This document shows positions 22,751 to 35,500 of a stretch of DNA of 36,612 nt, piece by piece. Where the stretch lies: contig NC_068993.1 of the NCBI RefSeq assembly GCF_001194135.2, positions 10,303,026 through 10,339,637 of the forward strand, written 5' to 3'. The notes below the pieces were generated by a model, which worked only from the letters and a program-made list of their open reading frames with translations, searched no databases and was not told the DNA's origin. Position 1 is the stretch's first letter, and each line of letters begins with the position of its first letter. A program made the position numbers and the translations under genes. Source of the DNA: Octopus bimaculoides. Taxonomy: Eukaryota.

Positions 22751-25700
22751 CTAACAAATACCAATAATAATATTGCTAATAATTATATAAATAGAAGTGG
22801 AAATAACAGTGACAATAGAAATTATGAGGATAACAATAATATGCTTAGTCCTGCCAACCATAATTTTAACCAACAAATAGAATGCAGCAGTATTGATGTT
22901 GAGGGTTTAACTGAAGTTGATGATAGGCTCAACTCCAATGAAAATAATAGGAATCAGGGACCTAGTTCATATAATATCAATATGCCTAATGCTGGAAGAA
23001 TAATTCTAACTGATAGCGCATCAGGAAACTGGTTAAATAATGATGGAAATGATCAAAATATACCTAATAGTAGAATTGAGGAAGGGATAAATAATATTAG
23101 TGTAAATAATTGTAACAATAATAATAGAGATATTAGAAATAATATAGGTGGGGTTGATAGCTCCACTAGGTGCACCTGCAGAAATAAGTCCCATTGTCCG
23201 TTATTAGGAAGTTGTTGCACTCGTAACGTAGTGTACAAATGCATTATAAGTACGATAACCGAAAATTATATTCACATAGGATGTAGCATTAATGTGAAAC
23301 AGAGAATATATAACCATAGGTCTTCTTTTAGACTAAGACATAAGGCAAATAGTACGACATTAGCAAGTAAACTTTGGGAGTTGAAAGATAATGGTATTAA
23401 TTTTAGCCTTAAATGGGAAATTATAAGAAAAGCTCAACCTTATAGAAATAGTAGATATGGATGTGAATTATGTTCTATGAAAATNNNNNNNNNNAACCTT
23501 ATAGAAATAGTAGATATGGATGTGAATTATGTTCTATGAAAATATATGAAATTTTTAAACTTAGAAATAATCCCAATCTAATCAATAATAGATTAGACCT
23601 TAGGGTATTGTGTGTACACTGCTCGACTCGCACTTTTAAATTTTTTAAAAAGTAGTTAAAATTATCAAAATATAGTATTTCAACTTCTACCATGTTCATC
23701 TGGGGCTATTAATTAGCACATATTTTAAATTGGAAATTGAACCTTTATAACATATATTTCTGATCTCTCACCTTAACATATAATCTTCTTGTGATAACTA
23801 AGATTTCAACTTTATTCCATGAAAGATATTTTTTCACACCACTTCTGCTAATGCTGTTAGTTCTTAATATGTATCTTAACCCTATGTAGCTTATAAGAAT
23901 AGGAAGTTTCGTAAGTTCTAAATGTTTTTAATTAGTTCCCCTAATTTAAATTTTATTTATTGTATTTAATGCTTGACTCTAAAAGGATCATTATTATTAT
24001 TACATTTTTTCAGGGCTTGTAGTGGTAGTGTCTTGTTTATTCTATATTTTGACTTAAATAAATCTAATCCTTATGCCTAAAATAAATCTAATCCTTATGC
24101 CTAAAATAAATCTAAACCTTGGGTTTATTAAGGTTTAAGGGACAAAAAAAAGAAAACGAATAGTAGGAATTAACAAGGACATCCAATATAGAAACATGAT
24201 AATTGATTACTAGTTTAATTAGTCATGAACTTGTTTTAAGACTAACATGGGCTAATTAAAGAATATTAATTGAATTATAAAAATAAAGCTTACCTTTTAT
24301 GTGTCTTCAAAATAGTATTATTATATATATCAGCTTAAATTTTAAAATCATTTTAAAAATAATTCAAAATAGTTTTCCTGAGCCCAATATATATAATATT
24401 CTTAAACTTTACACCTTATCTATAGCCTTTGAATTCAAAATTGACATTACTTTGGGATTTTTTATTATTAAAATATTATTTAAACTAATATTGATATCTG
24501 TAAAACAATACTGATGCTTTATTCAGACTAAAGAAAAAGCTCTGTTGACCTAAATGCTTAAGGTTTAATTCCTCAACATTATGATAGCAGTAGAAAAACC
24601 CCAACCTAAAATAGTGTTGCCACTCTGACCAGAGAAACCTTTATAACCATATCCATGTATAATGCTTACACCTTCCCTTTCCTTAGAAGTGATTGCCCCT
24701 TATACTATAACTACTAGATAAGAGACAATAAAATCAGAGACAGTTAGAATTCTGCCTAGAACTAATTACTAGCCTGATAGCCTTGGCTATGTCAAGATGG
24801 ATTTTTATGTATTCTTCTTCCCACTTGGATTTTAAATGTTGCCACAATTATAATGTCTATTCTACTGTAATTTTCTACATTTTTGTGCAGCTGAAGATTG
24901 CTCTACATATTGCATTTAATGTAATGCTCACATTACTTAAATAAATGGAGTAGCATGAAACGTGCGTACTGCAATCATCTTTAAAATCCGTGTTGCTTAT
25001 TTTGATTATATATATATATATATTGGACGGTTTGACCGGGCTGGCACACTGGAAGGCTGCACCAGACTCCAGTCTGATATGGCATGGTTTTCTATGGCTG
25101 GATGCCCTTCCTGATGCCAACCACTCCAAGAGTTTAATGGGTGCTTTTACATTCCACCGGCACAGATACCATTTGCATGACACTAGGGTGTGTTTATGTG
25201 CCACCAGCACGGGTGCCAATTTGCATGACACTGGTAACTGCCATGACTACAATTTTTTGCTCAGCTTGATGGGTCTTCTTCTCATGCACAACATAATGCC
25301 AAAGGTCTTGGTCATTGCCTAAGTGAGGCCCAACACTTGAAAGGAACTCAACCACTTTGCCTCCATGAGGCCCAACACTCAAAGCAGCTCTACTGTAATA
25401 ACATATACTAATGTATATGGTTTGTGTATTTTCTGGTGGCTGCAATGGCATAGCAGAGTATATCATTCTTGAGCTAATCATCATCACCATTATCATTCAG
25501 TCAGTCAAGACTGAGATAGAACTAAACATAATCATCATCATTCAATCAGGATTGAGAATCACCACCAATCATCAACCATCATCATCATTCAATCAAGTAT
25601 TATCAACTGTCATCATCAACCATCAGTCATCAATCAGCATGCATCAATCATCAATCACCGTTCGTCAATCACCACTCATCAGTCACCATTCGTCAATCAC

Positions 25701-26484
25701 CAATCATTATTCATCAATCATCAATCAATCAATCAAGACTGCAGTAGACCTAAATATCATCAATCATTATCATCATTCCAGCAAGACTGAGCTATCAGTC
25801 ATCATTCAATCAAGATTCGGGTAGAACTAAATATCGTCATTACCTACCATCTTCAACTATCATCATCAACCATCAACTGTCATCATTCAATCAAGACAGA
25901 ACTAGAGCTAAATATGATTATCACTACTACTGCCACTACCACCCCCGCCTCCATCTACATCCTGCTCAAAAATGACTATAATTTTCTTCCGTTTCTTTCC
26001 AGCATAACTCCTAGAAACTGTGATAAACATCCATCAGCTATTGTTGAATTGCAGGCCATTTATCGCAAAGATAGCGAAAACCGGTAAGAGTTTTCCTACT
26101 GTTTATTCTATCAATTAATGTGCGTATTTAATGGGATCGCACGAATACATGAACATTGAAGAAATATTAAAGAATTGGATACATTCTGGCAGTATTATTA
26201 ATAGGAGAGCTGGCAGAATTGTTAGCACATGAGGCAAGTTGCTTAGCAACATTTTGTCAATTTGTACATCAAAATTCTGCTGATGTCGACTTTGGCTTTC
26301 ATCCTTTTAGGGTTGATAAAATATGTACCAGTTGAGCACTGGGGTTGATGTAATCGACTTATCTCTTCTCCCCGAAATTGCTGGCTTTGTGCCAAAATTA
26401 TATATATACACTGACACACACATATTATATTTATATATCCACACACATGGTGTGTGTGCATAAACTTTATTTCTAAAATAGTGA

Positions 26485-26527
<43 letters not shown>

Positions 26528-29500
26528 CTCTTTTACTCTTTTACTTGTTTTAGTCATTTGACTGCGGCCATGCTGGAGCACCGCCTTTAGTCGAGCAAAT
26601 CGACCCCAGAACTTATTCTTTGTAAGCCTAGTACTTCTATCGGTCACTTTTGCCGAACCGCTAAGTTTCGGGGACGTAAACACACCAGCATCGGTTGTCA
26701 AGCGATGTTGGGGGGACAAACACAGACACACAAACACACATATATATACATATGCATATATACGACTGGCTTTTTTCAGTTTCCATCTACCAAATCCATT
26801 CACAAGGCTTTGGTTGGCCCAAGGCTATAGTAGAAGACACTTGCCCAAGGTGCCACGCAGTGGGACTAAACCCGGAACCATGTGGCTGGTAAGCAAGCTA
26901 CTTACCACACAGCCACTCCTGCGCCATATATAATAATGCATTTACATTATTTTCTTATATTGGTTTCTTTCTCACAGGTGTTACTACCGATGTAATCAAA
27001 AAAAGGAAGGAACAGACTGGTGCGGTTTTAGGATGAGAAAAGCTCTGAAGGTAACTTCAATTTATCATCATCGTCATTTAATGTTTGTGTTCCATACTGG
27101 CACGAGCTGGATGGTCCAAGAGGATCCAACTAGCCCAGGGTCTGTGTTGGTCTTCAGTGTCTGCTTTGGTAAGGTTTCTACAGCTGAATGCCCTTCCTAA
27201 TGTTACCAACAAGGCATTCATGACAAATAACAAATGAATGCTTTTATGGAGACCTGCCGAAAGTTAGCAAGATCAAGCAAAGATGGCTGTAACTACCTGG
27301 TCACTGCATGTGTTACCCTAAACTGGAAGCAGCCAAATTAGTCTTGTGGAACCCACTTACATCAACAACTTGATTGCAGACACTGGCCTGGAATGTATCC
27401 AGGACCTAGAGGCAGTGACGATGGACCGAGAAGTGTGGCAGGTAGACTTTGTTGCTGTGACCCAAGTTGGAACCTGGTAACAATAATGCTATCCGGGTGT
27501 TTTTTTTTTGTGCCACCAGCACAAGCAAAGTAACTGTGCAGCTTGCATGACTATGAAACCCAAGGAGGGGCAGAGCAGGTTCTTGTTGTAGAGGAGTTCA
27601 ATGGCTGTTTACATTTAGAAAAGTGTGTGAGGGGTCATCGTCATCATTTGTTTTCCATGCTAAGATGGATCAGATGGTTTGGCTGGGGTTGGCAAACTGG
27701 AGAGCTGCACTGGGCTTTGGTCTGATATGTCTTGGTTTGTACAGCTGGATGCCCTTTTTAACACCAACCATTTCATAGTGTGTAGTGGGTGGCATTCACG
27801 TCACTGGCACTGGTGCCTTTCACGTCCCTGGCACAGGTGCCTTTTATGTGTCACCAGCACTGGTCACAACTATGCTTTCACTTAGCTTGATGTGTCTTCT
27901 CAAGCATAGCAGCAACTCGCCAAAGGTCTCTGTCACTTGTCATCACTCCCATGAGACGCAACATCCAAAGATCATACTTCCCCATCTTGCCCCACACCTT
28001 CCTGAGTCTGCCTCAGATCAACACTTCTTTACGCAGCTCTCCTCCTCAAATAAAGGTGATGAGGTATCCAGGCAGTTACCTCAAAATTTATACTATGCTT
28101 ATGAAGTTAACCCTTTAGCATTCAGATTATTCTATCAAATGTAATACTTATTCCCTCACGTTGTTTTCAATTAATCATCCATTATCTCATAGCTTCGAGA
28201 TTCCAATGATGTATTTGATTAAGTTTTGAACGACATTGCTAGGTAGGTGTGACAGGCCAGATCTGGCCTGTTTGAACATAACACAGGAAGAAAATTTAGG
28301 GCTGGATATGACCAATTTAAATGCTGAAGGGTTAAATTGATAGACTACTGATGAAATAGTTGTAAGGTCACTGACTTTAGACTTGGCCCACTTCTTAATG
28401 GCTGTTTTTAAATCCTTGATTACCTTTTACAGTGTTCTTTGAGAGTGGAAACTGAGCATTAATTAGGGATCTTATTCTTCCAGGAAAATGAGAAACCCAT
28501 CAAGAGTAATAAACAAGCAAACCCATCATCCAAGGTAAGGATTGTTTATTAAATGAGCATCTTTTATATTTAACTTGTTTCAGTCATTTGACTGCGGCCA
28601 TGCTGGGGCACTGCCTAGAAGGTTTTTTAGTCGAACAAATTGACCCCGGGACTTGTTTTTTAAGCTTAGTACTTATTCTGTTGGTTTCTTTTGCCAAACT
28701 GATTGTAAACTCACTAGCACTGGTTGTCAAGTGGTGGTGGTGGTAGGGGACAAACGCACACATGCATGCACACACACACACACACACACGTAACACATAC
28801 ACAAAGACACAAACATAGATATATGCATATATATATATACGTACATACATGTCACTGAAGTGAACAAGGGCACTAATCAGCACCAGTATTGCTGGAAATA
28901 AGAGTCAAAACAACTCAGTAGCCACAAAAGGCACTCTCTTAATGAGCTGACATATGGCCAGTTTGAATATATAATAAGTTGAATATTTGGGCCAGATATG
29001 GCCTGTTTGAATATATTTGGGCCAGATGTAGCCAGTTTGAATATATAACAGGTAGAATATTTTGGGCCAGTTTTGAACCTGATGTGGTCAGATTGACTGT
29101 TAAAAGGTTAAACTGCAAAATATTATGTTTATGTATACAATGAGAATTACACTCAGAAAATACTTTTTTTTTGTTTTTGGTTAATTATTGCTAGCATGAA
29201 ATTACGAAGGAATTGGCTAAAGGTGAAAAGAAAGAGCTGCCATCATTTTCATCATTGAGTAAGTCTGAGCACAAAGCGCCGTTGTTTGGAAAAGAAGACA
29301 AGTTGGAAGACAATAAACCTGTGAAGGATGGTAATGATAGCTTCACGCAATGGAGGGACAGTCCAGTCAAAGATACTTCAAGGCAGAAGGAGAAAGCCAG
29401 TCTTACATCTGCTCTTCAAAAACAAAAGGTTTGTGATAAATTTAGTGGAGATCTTTTAGATGATGATGATGATGGTTGTTGTTGTTATTATTTTATTGTT

Positions 29501-32500
29501 GTTTACTTTTAATATGTATGTTTGTTACAATCACTTGCTGAGACACACCAAGTGTCCTAGGGTGGGTGAAGGATAAGAGATGTTACAGTGTGTCTGAAAA
29601 CTTGGGGAGGGCAAGTGGCAGGGGTAGTAGTGAAATATCTTCATGTAATTCAACACATACATTTAAATTGATAAGGTTTTTTTTAAGGATGCGGGCTGTA
29701 CTTGTCAGCACAATCTTTTGAATTTCTCTGAATACATGAGATAGTGCTGAAAGGTTCCTGGTTTTAGGGGTATCACGAAATGCCTGGCTGGAGGCTCAAT
29801 CTTCCAAGTTCTTATACAAGGCTTAGAAAAACTGAAGGACTGCTGCAATAAGTGTGTGTATCTGAGAGGGGAATATGTTGGATTAAAAACATCATTAACT
29901 GATCCTCCTGTATTTTCTTTTACCCAAAGCCAGGAACTTTTCAGCACCTCCTCACGTGCTGTAGAATGGTTTCTTGACATTGCGTGATAGTTGTAAATGA
30001 GTATAATTGTTATACAACCAGTGTCCTTCATGTCCAGTTTTCTGTGAGAACATATCTGATTATATGGAAATGTCTTGCTTGGAAACAGGTGAGGGTTGGT
30101 AACAGGTGGGCAGCCAGCCATTGAAACTCCACTTAAACAAATTTTATCCAACCTATTTGAGTCTAAAAAAAAATGGACATTAAAAAAACTAAAAAAACAA
30201 TAAATATTAATGAAAATAAACAATGAAATACTGTATACTCATAGGTGAGAGGTATGTATAGCTAATTTCTCTGATTGTTTGTAATACAGGAGCTGTTATC
30301 TCGTGTGCAGTTGTCAGCACTCCCTGACAAAGGTGCTCGTCTCAAAGAAAATATTCAACAATTGGAAAGTAAGATCCAAAATATAGATCTAAATAAAGAT
30401 GTTTCCAGAACTTCTAAGAGTAAGTTTTACTTTCAAATACTCTCCTACCTTATCACACTTGGATCACCATTTGTTTTATATTTTTGTTACTTGTTTGGAA
30501 CAAATTTTTCATGCTTAGTTTTCTATCTACACCCAAGGGAGGGGGTGGTTTGAGGCAAGTCTTCTTGCACTGTTACAGGCTAGCTGAGTATTATAGAGAG
30601 TGGTGTGAAGCAACTAGAGTATTATGGTCCATCATATTGGTGTACTGAATCAAATAGTGTTATGCTTTATATTACAGTGTGGAAGGGTACACTGAATCAA
30701 ACAGATAAGTTTTATAAGGAGGATTAAAGTAAATACAGCATTATAGTGTAAGGGGAGTATAGTGGTCTGATTGAGCAAACATAAAAGCATCTCAACCGTG
30801 ACTGTCCTGTTCTATTTTTAACATAGTAGGGTGCAATTTGGCTGAATGACCTTATAGAGAAGCTTTTGTTGCTTGGACTGGTATATATGTCCATAAAGCA
30901 ATGAATAAGGTATGCAAGCATATCTTTCCATAAAATGAAATAAAATAAATTAAAACATTAAACTTTTTTTTTTTTCATTTTATTTTATTTCTAAGTGATT
31001 TCCTCTTTCTTCCCCTCAGCACATACTGAACCTGAAATCATCAGAGTCCATCCACCAAATGAACCAGGAGGTCAACCCATACACAAAACAGTGAATAAGC
31101 CAAGTATGTATGAGATTAGTTTTACTTCATTTATGAGTGACCTGTTACATATTACAAGTTTAGAAATGAGCACAAGAGACAAACTAAGCCAAATGAATAT
31201 GAGTGCCTGGCACAATGGTTAGGGTATCGAGCTCCCAACTCAAAGCCTGTAAATTCAAGTCCTGCTGTACTGTTATAAATAATTTTTGCTGTCATCAATC
31301 TTAATGTAATTGCACTGTGTTCCTGCTTTAGTGGGAATTGCTTTAATGTATTCTCAACCAGATTCCTGTTAAAGCAGTCATAAACAAGAAATATAGAAAA
31401 AGATGATAAAATACTAAAATTAGATGACTGATCACATTGTAGTTTTGTAGTCAAGTGTGTTTATGACTCATTGTTAATAGTGTCCCCTCATAGCTGTTGT
31501 TTATTTTTGTTTTTAATTGGGGAAAAAAAGATTTATTTTTCTGTAATGAAATGAGTGTGTGATAAACCTAGCACTTTGTAAACAAGCAAAGCCTAGACTC
31601 TTTAGAGTTGACGAAATTATTAATGATGTTTACTCTTCAGACAAAGAGTTTATCCTCATGTAGACAATGAGAATGATTCTGATAATCAAACTGGTGAAAG
31701 TGATGAAGAAAGTAGTGATGCAGGTGAACAAATTATGATAGTTGAGAGACAGACTTCTTATTTTTATGAATTTTTTTTTTTCAATTCTATCTATTAGTTT
31801 GCTTGCAATGAACAAATATGGTAGTTGAGAGAAAGGTCTGTTATTGCTATTCACCTGAATATTTCTGTGGTTCTATCTATTAGTCTTCCTATCAAATATG
31901 GTAGTAAAGAGAAAGGTCTGTTATTATTACTCTCCTGAATTTTTTTGCAATTCTGTCCATTGAAAAAATGTTGTAATTGTGAGAGAGGCTTATTATTGTT
32001 AATCTGAATTTTTTTGTGATTCTGCAATCGTTACTCTTGAGCTGTGTATGCAACTATTTTTTAGCATGGGAGTCCAGGTGGAGGGTAAAGTTAGATGCCG
32101 GGTCCTAGGCCTGTGAGGGTTAAGCATAGTTCACTCATCCTCCTCGCAGCAAAAGCTTTCCATTTTGTCTTAATTTCTTTTTCTTCCCCTCAGCACATAG
32201 TGAACCCGAAATCATCAGAGTCCATCCACCAAATGAACCAGGAGGTGAACCCGTACACAAAACAGTAAAAAAGCCAAGTATGTATGAGATTAGTTTTACT
32301 TCATTTATGAGTGACCGGTTACATATTGCAAGTTTTGAAATGAGCACAAGAGACAGTCTAAGCCAAATGAATATGGGTGCCTGGCACAATGGTTAGGGTA
32401 TTGAACTGCCAAATCAAAGCATGTAAGTTCAAGTCCTACTGTACTGTTATAAATAATGTTTGCTGTCATCAGCCTTAACACTGTTGCATCATGTCTCTGG

Positions 32501-35500
32501 CGTAGCAAGAGTAGTCTAAATGTAATCTCTACTGGATCCCTGTTAATGTGGTGAAGAATATGAAATGTAGAAAAAGAAGATAAAACTATATGGCTGCAAA
32601 GTAAGCTTGTTAACAACCACACAGCCATGATTGTAACATCTTGGCTGGAGAGACTCCCTGATCTCCAAGCTATGCACCTTCTTCCAACACAGGAATATCC
32701 ATAAGTAATTACTGAATGAAAAGACAGAAAAAAAAAATAATGAAGAGAAAGAAAACTATTAGAATTTTTGTCCAATTTTTTTTTCTCTAGTTTTATTTCG
32801 CAGTCATGGCTATATGGTAAGAAGTTTGCTTCCCAGCCTTATAGTTCTGGGTTCAGTCTCACTGCATGGCCTCTTGGTCCTCGGGCCCACTAAATCCTTT
32901 TAAGCGTAGGTGAAAACTGACAGACGCCTGTCATGTGTATATATATATATGTGTGTTCCTGTGTATGTGTGTGTTTGTCTTCCACTACCACTTGACAACC
33001 ACATGGTTCCAGGTTCAGTCCCACTGCATGGCACCATGGGCAGGTGTCTTCTACTATAGCCTCGGGCCGACCAAAGCCTTCTAAGTGGATTTAGTAGGCG
33101 GAAACTGAAAGTAGCTATTCAATATACATACATACATACATATATATGTGTGTGTGTATATCTATGTATGTATACATATGTATGTATGTATACATATGTA
33201 TGTATGTATATGTGTACGTATGTATGTACGTACATATATATATATGTATGTATGTATGTATATCTCTGTGTGTCTTTGTGTTTGTCCTCTCATCACCGCT
33301 TGACAACCGGTGTTGGCGTGTTTATGTACCCATAACTTAGTGGTTCAATAAAAGAGACCAGTAGAATAAGTACTCCGCTTAAAAAAGAAATATAAAGCGA
33401 GTCCTGGGGTCGAATTATTTGGCTAAAACCCTTCAAGGCCGTGCTCCAGCATGACCACAGTCAGATGACGGAAACAAGTAAAAGATAAAAGGTAAAACTA
33501 GTTTTTAAACATCAAATGGCTATGGGGATCCGCCAGAGTGAAGCAGTAATCAAAGGAGCCCATGGTTAAAAAATGGTTGGGAGTCACTGATTTACATTAT
33601 TTGAGAATTTCATTTCTTTCTCCAGGCCAGCAAGGATCATCGAGTGTAAAGAATGAAGTTGATAGTGATGATGATGAACCATCGTCAGCTTCTGATTACT
33701 CTGAAAAGTTACAAATACATAAACATCACAATCCTCAAAATTTAAGACAAGTCAAACTCACTGAAGCTTTTGCTTTACCAAAAGAATTTCTTGAAGGAAG
33801 TTATTCACGTAAGTTTATCATTTGTTTCTACAGCTAAAGTTTGTTGTAACGGATTTTGGTTCAGTTTTAATTTATTAGTCTTGTTTAAAACTGAACCAAA
33901 ATCCATTACAAGCTATGACCCCAACAAACTTTTTCCCCAATGTCTAGTAAATTCTAAGCTGAAGTGGTGACAGCATGGACTTTGTCTGTCTTCTTACTCT
34001 ATCAGAGTATTTAAGTAAAATTATAATATGTCCTACTGATTAAAAACTTCTATTTATTTATTTATGCAGCTGAGGATAGGCCTGCATTTAAATTGATGTA
34101 ATGATTGCATTGTTCAATTAAATGGAGCCGCTTGAAATGCTGGTACTGCATCACCTCTTGATATCCTGTTGCTTATTTTGATTTTATTCACCCTATTTTG
34201 AGTTGTACTAATAATACCTCACTAATTTTTGGTGCTTCAACTTAATCTCAATTATTTTATATATATATATAATTATTAATTTAATATGTATATATTTGTG
34301 TGTGTGTGTGTCCCTCACCACCACTTGACAACTGGTGTTTATTTATGTTCCTAATTTAATGGTTTTGGTAAAAGAGACTGATGGAATATGTACCAGGCTT
34401 CAAAAAATATGCACAGGGGTCGATTCGTTTGGCTAAAAGCTCTTCAGGGTAGTGCTCCAGCATGGCCACAATCCACTGACAGAAACAAGTGAAAAATAAA
34501 AGAAAAGATAAAGCTTTTATGCCCACTCTTTGAATGCACTTTCTTTTGGAATCATTAACCGAATAAAGGTTATCAAATCCTTGTCTTTTCAGAAGCCGGT
34601 TGGCAGCCTGCAACACTGTATGGAGGTCGAATGACCGTAACACGTCTCGAAGAAGTGAGGAACGCAATGGATAAAATTACTAACTCTTTGCATGAGTAAG
34701 CTCTTATTCTTGGAACTGAATTTCTTAAGATCTCAATTAGAGGCAGATTTAAAAATTCCAGTTTGGTGTGGTGACTGTGTTGGTGTGGTAGTATAGTAGT
34801 TATACAGGAATTATTTTAAACATGTTTTTGTGTCTCTCTGTGAAAGTGCATAGCCCAGTGGTTAGGGTGTTGCACTTATAGTTGTCAGATTGTGAGTTCA
34901 GTTCCCAGACTGGGTGGTGTGTTATTTTTCTTGAGTAAAACACTTCATTTCATGTTGCCTCCAGTGCAGTATGTATTGTAAAGAGGCAGCCTAAAAGAAG
35001 TAGAGGTAAGATTTACACTCCGACCTTGCAAAACCCTCATCAGCAATGATTATCCATACAGACCCATGGGTTGGAGGGCTGTCGCCCAAATGGTGCAGGT
35101 GTCATCTGCCAAGGAGTTGGGAATGACCAACAAATGATGGATGCAGCGACGTAATGTTGCATCACATGCACCATTACTACTGCTGCCGTAATGTCTTAGA
35201 CCTAATAGATGGGCTTAAATTCAACACAGCAAATTCACAAAACACTTGATATTTGTACTGTGTTCCTGCTATTAATGAGTTTAATATGTGAAATTGTTAT
35301 ATCATCATCACCATGATCATTGTCATCGTCGTCATCATTGTGGGTTTTATAATCATTCATTTTGCATAAATGTTTTTTTTTTCCATTCTTGCTTAGGTTG
35401 ATTGGTTATGAAGAAAGTTAACCTCTGAAAGACTGACTTCCTATTCATATATGCTGTAGATGTCTACCATTCTTATGAGCTATCATAAAATGGTGACAAT

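Larger units (their letters stand above)
22710..25006 (+). mobile_element. Penelope-like retroelement, probably 5'-truncated: Asn-rich region, GIY-YIG endonuclease, long 3' region ending in a hammerhead; inserted in (TA)n
   Basis: ORF encodes [20 protein letters not shown]...HIG, KQRIYNH, KWEII, CELC and LCVH, the layout of Penelope-like endonucleases. Hammerhead core at 24886-24973. (TA)n on both sides. Confidence 0.85.
30985..32600 (+). repeat. Intragenic duplication of about 430 bp (about 30985-31420 and 32160-32600) containing TTF2 exon 8 and the downstream intron
   Basis: Exons offset by 1174 nt; downstream introns alignable for about 300 nt. Confidence 0.93.

Noticed and set aside
24875-28144. 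Several 100-190 aa ORFs
   Set aside because: They translate SINEs, microsatellites and the ATC minisatellite.
35015-35044. Minus-strand CTGATGAG that could start a hammerhead
   Set aside because: Followed by poor stem II pairing and GGAG rather than GAAA; no stem I or III.
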